NCBI GenBank assembly: GCA_002189035.1
Contig: NEEC01000013.1
Location: 2,418,001 to 2,482,000 of the forward strand
Source: Utricularia gibba
Taxonomy: Eukaryota > Plantae > Magnoliophyta
Direction: 5' to 3'
DNA: 64,000 nt
The notes beneath the pieces are model-generated. The model saw nothing but the letters and a program-made list of their open reading frames with translations, had not been told where the DNA came from and made no database searches. Numbering within the stretch: position 1 is the first letter of the stretch; each line of letters opens with the position of its first letter. The position numbers and the translations under genes are program-made. This document shows positions 1 to 15,977 of this stretch, piece by piece.

Positions 1-1930
1 AAGGAAACCTTGGAGCTGGAATATTGGTCATATGTTAGACTTCAGCAGTGGCACAAAGTAGCCAGACTGTTCATGACATTAGAATTCGAGACACTTGTGT
101 TGATGCGAAGGTGATTTTGATCTTTTAAAACATGTGAGTTTCGTTGAATGATGTGGAATTTTTTATTTTCAAAGCGATCCCTTACATGGCTCCATGTGTG
201 TTTGGATCGATGGGCATTTCCAAACCAATATGTGGCCTCGTGTATTGTTCGTAATCAACATGATATCTTCCAAACCATGATAAGTGACTTTACGCACAAG
301 CATACCGTTTTGAAGCTTGTTCTGAATCGATTATCTTTTGTGTTGGAAGGATGAAGGTATCAGCAAAGGTCTATGGGTGGAATCAAGGTGCACTAGATCA
401 CTTGGCTCTTGGATCAGTCTTGTATTTCTCTCTTGGAAATTCAATTCCCTAGGTGTCAACAACACAAGTGGAGAAGAAATAGCTCATAGACTATTTCTTA
501 CATGCTCTCAACGTCATATGGCTAGCTAGAGATGCAACATAGGGAAGCGACTTACACATGTTCATCGGAAGAGTTGAAAGATAGAGCATTCATAATTCCA
601 TGGTGTAATGGGACTATGGCTCTCTAATATCCTATAGCTGGAGGGTTCTCATGCATTGTAGTTGGGATTTTGTGATGGAGAGCATTTGGGATGAGTTCTC
701 AAAGGTGTGTTCTTATCAACCTAACAACAGTACACTTGTCACTAGAAGTTACCAAAGGACTGATCTTGCCGAAAAGATTAAAACTTTGGCGATCGTGAGT
801 CCAAGGGACATCCTAAAGTACACAACATAAGGCAAGGAATCATTTGTGATAACATATGTTTTTGAGTATTCTAAGGTAGGAAAAATGATTAATATTTTAT
901 TATAAAAATCAGATTATATTGTGTGTTTCTACATTTTTGTGATTATCAGCATAGTATGCGTCTTTTATTCCTAATTGGAACTAAATCAAGATTTAGTCCC
1001 AACCTTAGTTCTAATCACTTTCTTGAGCAATGCAGCACGTTTTAACAGCTCAAATCCCAAAGAACCGAAAAGCAAACAATGGAGGCATCATGAAAAGAGG
1101 ACAAAAGCTGAAAGAAGTACATCAAATCCTAATGTAGAGAAAAAAAGTAGATTTTTGGAATAATAAAGAAAGAGAAGACTAACTCCCATTAAAGAACATG
1201 AAAACAATTCTTGGAGGGGATCTAGTAGAAGGAGTAGCAGAACCATGGAGGATGAAGAAGACAAAACCATGATCCAAGTCATTTTTTGAAGCTTTCTCAT
1301 GCTTGTGAAGGACACTATTCTTAACTAGGAGTTGTTTTAGCTTTTTTTGCGAGAACTATTTGTTGTTTATGTTTCTGTTATGCGTTTTATGTTGTTTTTT
1401 AACTTTAGAACCAAAATGATGTTTATGAAATGTCATGAAAGTGTTTTTCTTTTTCTTAGTATGAGTGGCTAAGCACTTGGGGGTACCTTTGGACAAAGGG
1501 GGGTGAGCATGCTTATTGTTCACTAGATCATACTATCATTTAATCACTCTATTTACTTAACAAAATAGGATAGATCTAGGAGGAGTGGTTTTCATCATAA
1601 ACAGCCCAAATTAGAGATAGATAAAAAAATTAGGGAAAAACAAAGGTTTGGGTAAACTTGAGCCTTTGCTTGTTAGATGAATGATTTTAGGTTTAAATGG
1701 GATAGTTGTAGTGATTAACATGCTACCCCTGAGTGTCCCAAGGCATTATCTTCTTTTATTTTACATAAACATCTGCTTTTACCTGTTTACTATCTTTCTG
1801 CATATTATCGTCGAATTGCTTTAATCATAATTTAGACTAAATCTCTTAAATGTGACAAAATATGAATGTATTGACTTTTACATAACAAACACCTAGCTTC
1901 TTGTATTCGACCCTAGTCCACTATGCTCAT
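1..1930. mobile_element. Degenerate LTR-retrotransposon-derived sequence (possibly Athila/Ty3-gypsy LTR remnant), left end beyond window
   Basis: No exons or intact ORF. Motifs resemble Athila-type LTRs as I recall them: atgagtggctaa at ~1460 and ttgtattcgaccctagt near 1901-1917, similar to LTR 3' ends. A purine tract ggacaaagggggg lies at ~1491-1503. No RT/integrase motif or second LTR seen, so identity and boundaries are tentative. Confidence 0.4.
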
Positions 1931-2801
1931 ATTTTTTATATGATTGATTGTGAATTAGGTTATAAATTTTATTTGATAGGGAAATTAGCATTTTAACAAT
2001 ATTGCATATTTTTCGTTTATCAATCTACATCTTAGCAATTTGTCTACACTTGACAAGTACTCATAGCAAATGAGAGAGCCTAGTAGCATCATAATTTTAT
2101 ATCACGTGTTGGTAACAAGTCTAGTTTTGTATCCTACTTTGCGTATTGGCAATTACATAGAAATTCAGTTTCCTATACTCCCTTCCAAATTGAACTGCAT
2201 CATCCGACACCAACGGATAGATTTCAAAATTCTATGGCAAGTCAATCTGGAAGGAGGTTAGGAAGGTTACAGCTTGCTGGTAAATCATTAGGATCAAAGT
2301 GCAAGTTGCTTCTTGTGTGTATACTAAGTTGAAACAAGACAATATCTTGATTCCATTTCCGACTTCATGCAGGCTGCCTATCCCATCAACTTCCATGGTA
2401 TATTCAATATATGCGTCGAAAAAAGTTGGCTTTTTGCTGAGTAAATCTCAACCCCTTGTTCATCTGTTCAGACAGTCCCTTTAATGGACACGTAACTCAA
2501 AACTGCGTTCGCACATAAGGGTTTATAGTTCATAATTCGTCAATTGGGAAAAAAATTAACAAAACGATGGAATTACTATAGTAGCTGTTTTGTTTGTTTG
2601 CTTAGAGGTGACACAAGTATGATTTTGATCACTGATAATAGTAAAATCATCCCATCTCCCAAACTGTACTTGGAAGAAGCTCTGATCACTGCTTGATATC
2701 TTTCAAACAGCTCCCCAACACCTCTTCGAGGTTTTAAACTGCTCAACAACTATGGACAAGGATGCCACCAAATCACGAACACACAACAGATCAGGGGTGG
2801 C

Positions 2802-5466
<2,665 letters not shown>

Positions 5467-5957
5467 TGTAAGACCCAACGGCGATCAGTTTGAGTGGTCG
5501 GAGGAGCTTCACCAACTCTCGTGCCAGAAATCATAAGTCATGGGTTCGGTAGGTGAGATGACGGGGTGGGTGGGGAACTCCGTTTCATGGTTTGGCAGGT
5601 AAGAGCATGTGCATTATTTTATTTTAAATCATAAAAATAATTCAAATTTCAAAAACAACAAAAAGGAAAGAAAAGCCAAAAGCCCCAAGAGTAGTACGCA
5701 TATACATACATTCCCATGCATCCTCCATGGGCCGAGATGGGGTGCAGTTGCAATCTTAATACACAGATGAGTATGCAGTTCAATCTGAAGGCAGAAAGGT
5801 GCTGCTTTTCAGACTCCCTAAAGATGCAGCAGTAGCATTCATGGATGAAAAAACCAACACATTCATGCCTAGAACATCTCTCCATGGAGCATCTCTCTGA
5901 GCAGAGGCCAGAGGGGTACAGCACCTCCAGCTCCATCGGCCAAACGGGTGAAGCGGT

Positions 5958-8900
5958 TCAGGGAAGGATCATCTTGACATCATGAAGAACCTCGCTTGCT
6001 CTGGCCTGGTTGTGCACTGACTCGAATGCTTGTGTGCACACGTTGGCAAAACCAGTCATTGCCTGGAATGCATGGGGCATTCCCATCTGCAGATTGCTCA
6101 TCGTCATCGCTCTGGTCACACTGATGGATTTATCGTATTTGGCCTTTTCATCCTCGGCCTTGGCTCTCAAGGCCTCTACTCTGGCCTGCTTCTGTCTCAG
6201 GGGGCAGCTTGTTTCACTGGATGAGTAGGAAAAAGGGCCATGCTTCATCTCCAATGTTCTGAGTTCACTTGCCCTCTTTTCCAGCTCTTTAAAGGCCAGT
6301 TCCGACCTCTTTTTCTGCTTCTGCTCTTCGTCTTGCTGCACAACAATCGCATGGATCATTGTCAGGAAACTTTTCAACCCCTCTGAAGCCACCTTATCAG
6401 GGATATTGTTGACGGCGAGCTGCCATTCTTCGCAGAAGGAGAATACAGCTGAATCTTGCTTTGTTTTGTGATGCGGATTGTTACCTAGACGAAAGAGACT
6501 GAGGCGAAGCCAACCCATCAACGACTGAGTATAATCACGCTGAACCTTGACAAGATTACAAAAGGAAAGGTGCCACTGCTGAGCTTCAAGTTCAAGTTGC
6601 AGCGTTGATTGACGATGAATTTCGGAGGTGGGAGCAGCAGACATGGAGCAATTTAGATACTTGAGTTGCTGAACAATATGCATCTGAACCTGGTGGAATT
6701 CGTACATACTTCTCCACATGCTCATCAACCTGAAAGGAAACAAAAAAAATCCATAATCAAAGAACCAGGGAACAGCAATGCTTGAGCCACCGACACGACA
6801 TGTCATGCAATGCTTTAGAAGCGGTTCAACAACTGGGCTCTCACAGAAAAATCAGCATGCAGTTTTTGATGCAGCATCAAGCACAGAACGTTAAAGCCCC
6901 TAACATCAACCTCTACTCCCGAGAAAGGTAAAATTATTATTTCCTAATGCCGCAAGTGCAACCATAAGTTTACTAACCAAAGGGGGGAAAAGGAAAAAGA
7001 AGAGCCTGCAGACATTCGCTTTTCTAACAAAAGCCAAAAAGTAAAAAATCGACTAAAACAACTCCACTTTCTCCTGCAAACCTAAAAAGAAGTGATGTAT
7101 TCACAAATCTCTATGGATTTTTTTAAAGTTTATTTTTCAGCTAGCTTCAGAAGTATTTTTTTAAGATCCCACTTTAAAGCTAATCTTTAGACTAATCATA
7201 TACTTTTAATACGAAAAAAAAACTGCTTCCATATCATGGAATCAAAGAAAAAAAATGAACGAGAAGGTGCTGCTCTTGCTGGGAGATCTCCACTAAAATA
7301 CTTTATAAAAAAGCCAGATGAAATGAGAACTAACCCGCTGACAATTTGAATAAGCTGCGGATAGAGCTGTGATTCCCTCACTTTGATGATCTCTGCAGAT
7401 GTAGCCTCAAATGCTTGCAAAGCAACCATCAGCTGTGATTCCAACTTGTCCAGTTCCTTTTTAGCTTTCTCAGTCTTCATGTAATCAGCATTCCTTATCT
7501 CTAACCTCCTTAGAAGCGCAGCCTTTCTTTCATGCTCTAGTTTCAGGTATTCAGCAGTCTGTAACACCGTTTCAGTTAAAAAACATTCACCACTATGAGC
7601 AACAAGCCAACATCACCAGAGCATAGATGAAAGTGATTTAACTCATAAAGTACCCCAGGAGAGAAAATATAAAGGGGATCTAAAAAATATGTGCTCTCAA
7701 ATGTATCAAAAGATAACTACGGAAACCAAAGAAGAACGTAATCACAAGAAGAAGAAAAGGAATGAAAATCAAAAACAGGATGAAAGTGGAATACAATTTC
7801 CGTCCATTTGAGGCAGAATATGCTACAAGATCTTCTTTTCAAGCTGTGTATCAAGGTTACGTTCTTCAAACTGCCCCAGAGATTCTATTTCTACAATCTA
7901 CAACCACCGCACATACGTAAACCACACAACTTCTTCAACTAAATGACAGAGCAGCACAGCATACTTGTCTGGCTACAAGCTTTCCCACCAGCATCTTAGT
8001 ATATTTTGCACTAATTTTACTGTGTAAAATGTCATTGCTGTTCACATTAAGGAGATGCCTGCGAATTGAGAAAGTATACCTTAACTTCATGATAGAGCTT
8101 CTTCTCCCATGCGTATAACCTTTCCAGAGTAGCACAGTGGGTTACATTGCCTTCAGCAGCAACACTGCCAGCCTTACTATATCCAGTGGGATCTTCACAG
8201 AATTTCCCAAATGCATTCCACCTCGTACTTCTGGAACCCAATGACCAAACAAGAGGAATTGACGCCCGGGAAGATCCAAAATCACTACCTGAATCCAGCA
8301 AACAAGATTCAAATTTGAAAAATCCCGAATGCTAATGTGTCGAGGATTTTATGATGAAAAATAGGTGTAGCATTGTGGGACTAAAGATCAACAGCAACCT
8401 GATGCTTGGCGATTTAAATTACAAATGGGGACTTCCAACAACAGTGAGAGTGGACCACCAGCATTTGCTGCCTTCAAGAAGTAATCATCAAGCTCCTTGA
8501 TAACTTCAACGAGATCCTTACTTTTGGCCGAAACCACGACGGCGAGCTCGCTGCTGGAGGTGGTAGGCGTAGCAGTTACTACAGACGGGGGAGGTGCAAT
8601 GCTTTCACCCCTCGCCGTGGTGGTGTTGGTCGCCGCGACCTCAGAAGTAGCCGTTGTCTCTTCCCACACCTCCTCATCCACAGACCTCCCGGAATTGGGC
8701 ATAAAAGGGTCCCAGAAGTCCCACGTACATGCCGACGGAGATATAGGAGGAGGCGGCGGGGGGGCCTAATAGTCGAAGAAGTAGTAGTGGATGCGTTGGT
8801 CCAAGAAGCTGGGCTAATGGGGTGCGGCGGCGTGGGAACCTGCGGTGGCCCAGACGCCTTAAACAGTGGTGCATTCCGGTGGTGAAGACTAGACTCTACT

Positions 8901-9070
8901 GTAGCGAATTGTAGAAGGGCCGCGCCGGTGTTCCGAAGAGATCTCAAGTACATACTGTGAGCGGCGCAGAAAGCATGCCTCGCCTTCACCAATTGCTTCA
9001 TATACCTCCTCCGCGCCTTGCACCTGGACACCATTTCTTGGCTGTCCAATCTCGAATACCAACAACCCAT
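5958..9070 (-). CDS. DUF630/DUF632 protein (NRG2/APSR1/REL2-like; 4 exons; 1-nt frameshift in exon 1)
   Basis: Exons 9070-8399, 8288-8080, 7558-7335, 6729-5958. N-terminal MGCWYSR...VSRCKARRRYMKQLV (DUF630), WDFWDPF, HCATLERLYAWEKKLYHEVK and long coiled-coil DUF632 exon. Confidence 0.92.
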
Positions 9071-9916
9071 TTTCCGTTTCTTCACTGCTTCAACTTGATG
9101 CAGACATTCCACCTCGCCCCAGCCATTAGATCACATGAAGCCCCCAAAAATCAAATGTTCTTCAAATCCTTCACTCTCTGACCCACTTACCCCAAGACCC
9201 AACAAGCAAACAGATCCAGATTCTCACAAAACCTTCAACAACAAAAATGCAGTAGACGCGCATTCAGGCATTTTCCAAGAGCACATGAAACCATACTAAC
9301 AGTTAACCCACCCCGCCCCGCACTCAAACAGCATACACATAAACAAGAAAACGGTCCAGAGAGATTCAAGAATGCCAGACGAAAAAGAAAAGAGAAGAAG
9401 ACTCGTTAAATCTGCAGCTCTTCGTCGTGATTGCGATGGAGAACAACAGCAGAAGTTAGCACAGTCCATAATGAATAGTTGGGCAGGACAGCTGTAACTT
9501 TTATTTACTGCCCACATTTATTTTATCTTTCCCAAAATGCCCTCCATCCCTGAATCCCAAAAACAATAATCGTAAAAAAAGTACACATTTATTGCATTAT
9601 TGCATATTATTTTTGTAGAGAATATAATTAAAAAAATGAAGATTAAAATTGATGGTCCAATTGATGGAAAAGGTGGTTGAAAGCAAGCACGGCTGAAAAT
9701 AGTATTATTCTCTGGGAGGAAAGAAGCAGTCACCGGTCAAGTCAAAGGGGGAGAGATTCCGTTTATGGAAAGTGGCCGTTAGGGGGGCCCGAAGGTAATA
9801 TTTCAAAAATAAAGTGTCAAATATCCGATACTTGTATACTTCTGCTGCATAAGCAACGGAATTCCAGATAACAGACAGCTGCAACTGCTGTAGCTACAAC
9901 ATGAGTAAGCGAGGCT

Positions 9917-12900
9917 TCATTCAGTGTCCGAGCCACTATCCATGCTCTCAGGTGTCTGCTGTGCATCCCTTGGCTCGGCGTCGGGGACCAAGGGCGAGAT
10001 GACGCGGTCCGCACCGAGTCGTTTTCGTTCTTGCCATTCTCTTGGAATGCTGGGGCGTTCCTGCAATGATCGGATGGAGGACATGGATGATGTAGGAAGA
10101 TGGCAAAGAAGTAGTTGCTGCATGCGGGTGAGTATATGATGTATCTATCTACCTCTTGTTGATTCGGGTTGTTTTCGGAATGCGGTGGCCTGCTTCTGTT
10201 GAGCCAGATTCGACCAAATGCCATCAACGCAGCCAGAAGCAACGCTGGCCCGATTCTAGGATCGGCATGGAGATCAGCTAAGTGCGTGATGATGCTTCTG
10301 GCGCGCTGTTTCAAGCTTACTCCGGAAGAGACTAGCTTCTTGGAACTCTCTGACCATGTCTCCCCCTTGTCTTCTGCTACCAGCTCGGGAGTTCTTGTAT
10401 TCTGAAAAATAAAAGTAACTTGTATTCATCTCGAAGATGCATCAGGGGAAAAGGACTTTGTTTATTTCTTATCAACTTACAAATGGGGGGATCTCCCTGG
10501 AGTCACCATCTCGAATTGTTCGAGAAATCCATGATATTATCTGATGGAAAGAGAATTGCCAACACTGTTTTACAACTGAAGCTAACAGATGCACACCAAA
10601 AAGTTCCAAAAAAATCTCACAAATTTAAATGATAATTTATCGATGTGGGAGAAGAGAAAGCAAACCTCTGGTATGTCGTTAGAGCCATTGTACTTGGCTA
10701 CAAGCGTTGATGTGGGATCGACTTCGGACTGATGCCAAGAGCTAAAGGGATTTGTTTGCTGTTTTTGAGTGTCTGGCTTCTCATCTTCGCTCCTTCTTTC
10801 GTACCTAATAATGAATAACCTAGCTACATCCACTACACCCCTCCTGGTGCCACATGTTTCAAAGCTATCTTCTGAATGGATATGGAAGAAACAATAACGC
10901 TGCACAACAAATAAAAAAGGAGATAAAGCAGGTCTTCATCAGATATGCAAATCAAGAACAAAAATACAAGGGAAAAATGCTTCCTATCTTCAGATTTGGG
11001 TGTGCATGGGACAACAGTATTCCCTGATTAGGTAACTCAATGAAGTGACGTTTCATTCATAGTGCAGAGTCTCTGGTTATAAAAAGCCATGGAAAGAAAC
11101 TCACATTTTGTGCTTCCCCATCGAGCCAAACAAATGTCAGACGCTTTTGTTGCATTGCTAAGACTGCTGAAGTTGATGATGCGTCTTCAGAGACATCTAC
11201 CTCCTCTTGGATCGAAAGTTTCTCTTGAACCCTGCGCATGGTCTTTAACATGGTGGCTTAATTAGATTTCTATGTTGGAGCAGGGGTAATGAGATCTCAT
11301 CATAACAGTATCCTAATTCCGAGAACAGAAAGCAGCTCACATCACGCAATTTACTGAGTTCATGCCCTGGCCTTCCAGCAGCAATTGCACAATACCAAAT
11401 CCTTGTGCCATCGCCAGCCCGTGAATAACCTCTGGCATCACAACCCAACTCCGTTGAAGTTAAATTTCTTAGCTGGGGGAGCACTGAGATCACATCGAAC
11501 AGCATTTGTGTTACAGATTAAACTCTGAATTTAAACCATTTGAGTCAAAAATCAAGGTGATCCAGCTTTCTACTATGTAAGATTCAAGCACAATCAGTAC
11601 CATGATATTTGTTCTTCTCCATAATGTCTATAAACACGGAGCTGTTGATTGACCCTGGAAACCACAAGATATACAGCAAGCTGAGACTCAAGATACTCAA
11701 GTATGGAAAATGACAACAGTAGCATACCTTGGTAAATGAATGGTTCAACTCCTGGGTCTCTCATAACTACAATGGCTGGAGCAGAATCCACACCAAACCT
11801 ATTGAAAATAAAGGGAAAAAAATAAATAAATAACTTGTTGAATCGTTATGCACAGAGAACTTGAAAGTTAATATTTTTTTGTGCACCTAGAAACTATCTT
11901 AAAAAGCTTTATAACAAATGATTACATAGATGGCCGGGACCTCATACGGTTATATTCCATAATATAAGGTGAAGAAAAACGCTCAAAAATCAAATTGTGA
12001 TTATCTTGAAAATGGCTGAAGCATACAGTTTACTCCAGAAACCAGATTCTTCTTCTTTCCATAGAACAAAACCAAATGTTGCATATGGGGTATAGTTTTG
12101 GGCAGCTTGACGAATGAATGGAGAAGCTCGTTCTCCAGTTTTTGAGAATAAGATCACTTTAACCTGCAGGAAGAAAAATTGGTTGCTTACTCTGACATCC
12201 CTACTAGTCAATTACTGGACTTATCCTTCATCCCCCACCCATAGTATAGAGTATTCTCTTCATCCATTTCCTTCCCAGATTCGTTTCATCGATGTTTGAT
12301 GGAGAAAAGATGAGATGACCACAACATTTTGTACTAGGACGAGAAATTTCTTACCTTCAAAAAACCAGAAAAAAAAGTTAACAAGAGTGAAGGAGAAAAC
12401 AGCAGAAAGCCACACATAATGGTTTACAGATACTGATTATACCTGATGAGGTTTAGCCTTCGCAAGGAAATTTTGTACCTGAAGTTTTAGGTTGAATCAT
12501 AACAAGACTTCGGTTACAAGGTAATGAATTGCTAGGAATTAATGTATTGAAACAAACACATATGGTAACTTTATTTTTGGTTCATGAAAGACTAAGATAA
12601 ATTAAAAGTAGAAAAAACACTCTGAACATTGCTTTCAACTGTGCTGGTTTATCAGACAAAACAGCTATAAAAGCACTGCCGTCTTCATAAGAAACATGAG
12701 AACACAAGAATTGTAAGAAAACGATGAGAGATAAAAACGAAAGCAGAAGCTCATGCAGCAAGCATATTATGCTTTACCAATGTCTCCTTGAAGTAGTAAG
12801 GAATTCGAGGTAACATTAGGATGTCTGATGCCAACCATTCAGTGATCTCACTAACTGAGAGCTTGCCTTCAAACCTAGATCCCCCATACAAGAATAAAAA

Positions 12901-15363
12901 ATGAATCTTCAGGTCCAAAATAAAGACTAGACTTGAAATATCAACAAGAACACACCTTTGAAGACAACTTGAACTTTTACATCCAGGAGGAAAAGCCACC
13001 AATGCTGGAAGCCCTATAATGCATTGGCACAATTATTCAGGACATCAAAATCATCAGAAACAAAACAAAGCCAAGAATCCCTTTTATAAAAATACTAAAT
13101 ACAGACAAAATAAGATAAAAGACCTACTTAAACAGTATTTAACCTTCAGAATTTGAGCAAATAGGCGAATCAGGAGATTAATTTTACCATTTCTAAAGAA
13201 AAGGTGTCCACTGGTTTTTTCTCAGCCAGATATCTAACAAGATGAATATCGCCAAGTTCGACCACTCCAGAATTTGCCACGCCATTCATCAAATTAACTG
13301 AACATAATTATCAAAATGCATTAAATTCAAACCACTTAATGGAGATGTCGGTATACTAAGCATAATTCAGACTAATCTGACCAACTCTCAGCCATGTGGT
13401 ATAAAACTGAGCACTCTTCTTACTTCCAAATGAAATTATCTGCAATATTTCATAAAGAACTTCCATTAGAAAAGATCGACTTGGCTGTGGAATCCATGCC
13501 ATAAGTACTCAGAATCGCAGGTGTGTTACACATGGCACTTTGGTATCAAATATATGTATATACAAGAAACACTATTTGACAGGAGCTCCAAAGACAAAGA
13601 AAGTATAATCATGTACACATGACATTCTAAACCTTACAGCATATTAAATCATGCTACATTTAAAGTAAATAAGCAAACATACTGCTCATATCAGTGCATA
13701 AAAATTAAGATTTAGACACTTGGAACACAAGAAATAAGAAATAGATACTTGAATTAGCAGTGGCTTGTCGTCCTCAAATTTAGACAAGAAGTTCTCGGAG
13801 TTGATTAACTCAAAGTCTCTATCTACAGGATCTGAATGGAGAAAGAAGAATTACAGTGATACTTCAGCACATATAACCTGAGTGAAAACGCGGAAAGAAG
13901 ATAGCAGGTATTTTGCTATATAAGTTTTCCACTGACCAAAGGATGTAAAATTGATCAAAGGTAGGTCACTTTCCAACAAGCGTTTCCCAGGATTATACTC
14001 TTTGATATTTTTAAGTGCCTGCTGCAAGAATCAACAATATTCTTTATCTTTTTCATAATTCGAGTGCACAAAGAAGCATTTCGGTGATAATGGCACATAT
14101 ACAAGTTGAGACACGAGATAAATTTTGAGAGGCAAAGAAAATCTTACAAGATGTTCATCTATGTTGTATAAATCATAATCTCTTTTCATATACTCATTTG
14201 TCAGCAGCTCAAATGCATATCGAACCTGCAAAGGAAGAAATCTTGAGCATTCCTTCATATTCCAATTTTTGGGTGTCAGGGCAAGATAGAGGATATAGAG
14301 AATAAGTATATTCCCTATGCTTATGAAGAAAACGCTTAGTAGGTCAATGATGAAAGCAAAGAAAACGATTCTCCTTGAACAACTAGTTCCAGAATTTCCT
14401 AATACGAGTACAGAACAATGAAAGGAGGCCAGAGCGTAGAAAACCTTGAAAAGGTCAATTGCAGGAGGCACGTCATCCCTTGAATCCCTGCACGCTGGAG
14501 TGTGTTATCATACCGTACGGCTATCTTAGGTAAAACATCTAGGCGAAAAATAACCTAAAAGCTATTTGAATGATCAGTCATGAACTACACATCTACGTTT
14601 TGAGCCTCCCACCAAGGTGTAGGGTCATCAACATTGCGAATGCAGGGGCTCTAATTAGTGCCAAAGACTCTTACGTTCAAAAAATGATGCGCTCAGCCAG
14701 TTAAGACATAGCAGCCGAAAGGATGCAGATGAGGATGACATCAATACCTGGTTGTTTTACACTAGGCAGCAGTATTTGATTGAGTCTTCTTTATATACTA
14801 ACAGTGCATTAAATTTTAAAGTATGAATAAAAAAACGTATACCTAGCGATTTCAAAAAAAAATGCGACAGAGCCAAAGACTCCGCAAAAATATCATATGC
14901 CATCACGTTGACAAGCAACGGAGAAATTTCCAATAATCCAACCGCGCAAAGATCCAAACTTTAACATTAAAAAGCAACAAAAAGAGTAAGAATCTAGTGC
15001 TAAAACTCGACAACAGACAACATCGAAAATAAAACTCAAACATACCACTTAGAGGTAATCGTTTCATACGCTCGGGCCACTTCCTCGGCAGAACTGTACC
15101 TTGCAATACCCAAAACTGGAAACAAAGCAAACGCGCAATGCCACATTACTCAATTACTTATTTTCCTTACAATCAAATAGAGGATGGGCATGATGAGTAC
15201 CATCGTAATATGATGGTGGATAATTGTACGGCAACACGACAAGCTGGAAAAAGATCGATGCCGCGAGAAGGATCAGGGGAAGAGAGTAGGCTCTGAGCGT
15301 GGACTTCACGGAAGAAACAGATGGTTGATTGCTGGTTGGATCTTGCCGGAGTGACGTCGACAT
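9917..15363 (-). CDS. DnaJ-domain / thioredoxin-like membrane-anchored protein (20 exons; 1-nt frameshift in exon 8)
   Basis: Exons 15363-15201, 15115-15046, 14487-14445, 14225-14148, 14021-13937, 13831-13749, 13439-13382, 13297-13188, 13013-12956, 12874-12778, 12478-12443, 12163-12027, 11798-11728, 11654-11601, 11483-11341, 11242-11105, 10899-10666, 10540-10481, 10401-10153, 10060-9917. N-terminal TM segment, then J-like SYYDVLG...VRYAFELLTN..KRDYDLY, then LPQLRNLTSTELGCD, FVWLDGEAQ, DPRIGPALLLAALM. Phases are consistent except exon 8. Confidence 0.88.
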
Positions 15364-15977
15364 CACCGTGGCGTGCACCGGAGGTTTCAACGACGGAATA
15401 CAGTTACCACTAAATAGGCTTTTGCGTTAGTCAAAACCCGGATCATGCCAATAATTGCGTATCTTAGGAAATGACAAAATTGTCCTTCAATATTCAACAC
15501 CCCTCCCATTTGATACACAAAATCCCATATATTCTTATTTTAATCATCTTTTAATCAAAGAATAATGTCTTTTGTTAATATTTTATAAATTTCGAATTAT
15601 TTTTTATTTTTTAAAATATTTGCGAAAAAATAAAGAGAAAATTGCATCAAAATAATCATAATGTTTAATATTTTGACAACGATGATTTCACCATCCAGAA
15701 AAGAGGATTTACGTAATCCATCGCAACAGGACGCAGAAGGTCTAGTCTAACTCCAGGATAATACCAGTTTCTTGTCAATGATGATGGAGAAGAGGATGAA
15801 GAAGGCACTGGTATTTACCACACTGCGACTGTGCTACAAAAGGTGGCCAGACCCCCAACATGAAGAAGCATTTTCAGCATTTGAGAAGAGAGGATTGGAA
15901 CCTAGAAAAGGTAAGCACACATGGGCAAAACACAAAGCAAGTCTAAAGCTTCAGAGTAGAGTTCGGTACCAGCAGTC

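Noticed and set aside
13389-13400. cagccatgtggt resembling the start of plant U5 snRNA
   Set aside because: Only 12 nt, lies antisense within a DnaJ coding exon, and has no USE/TATA or Sm site.
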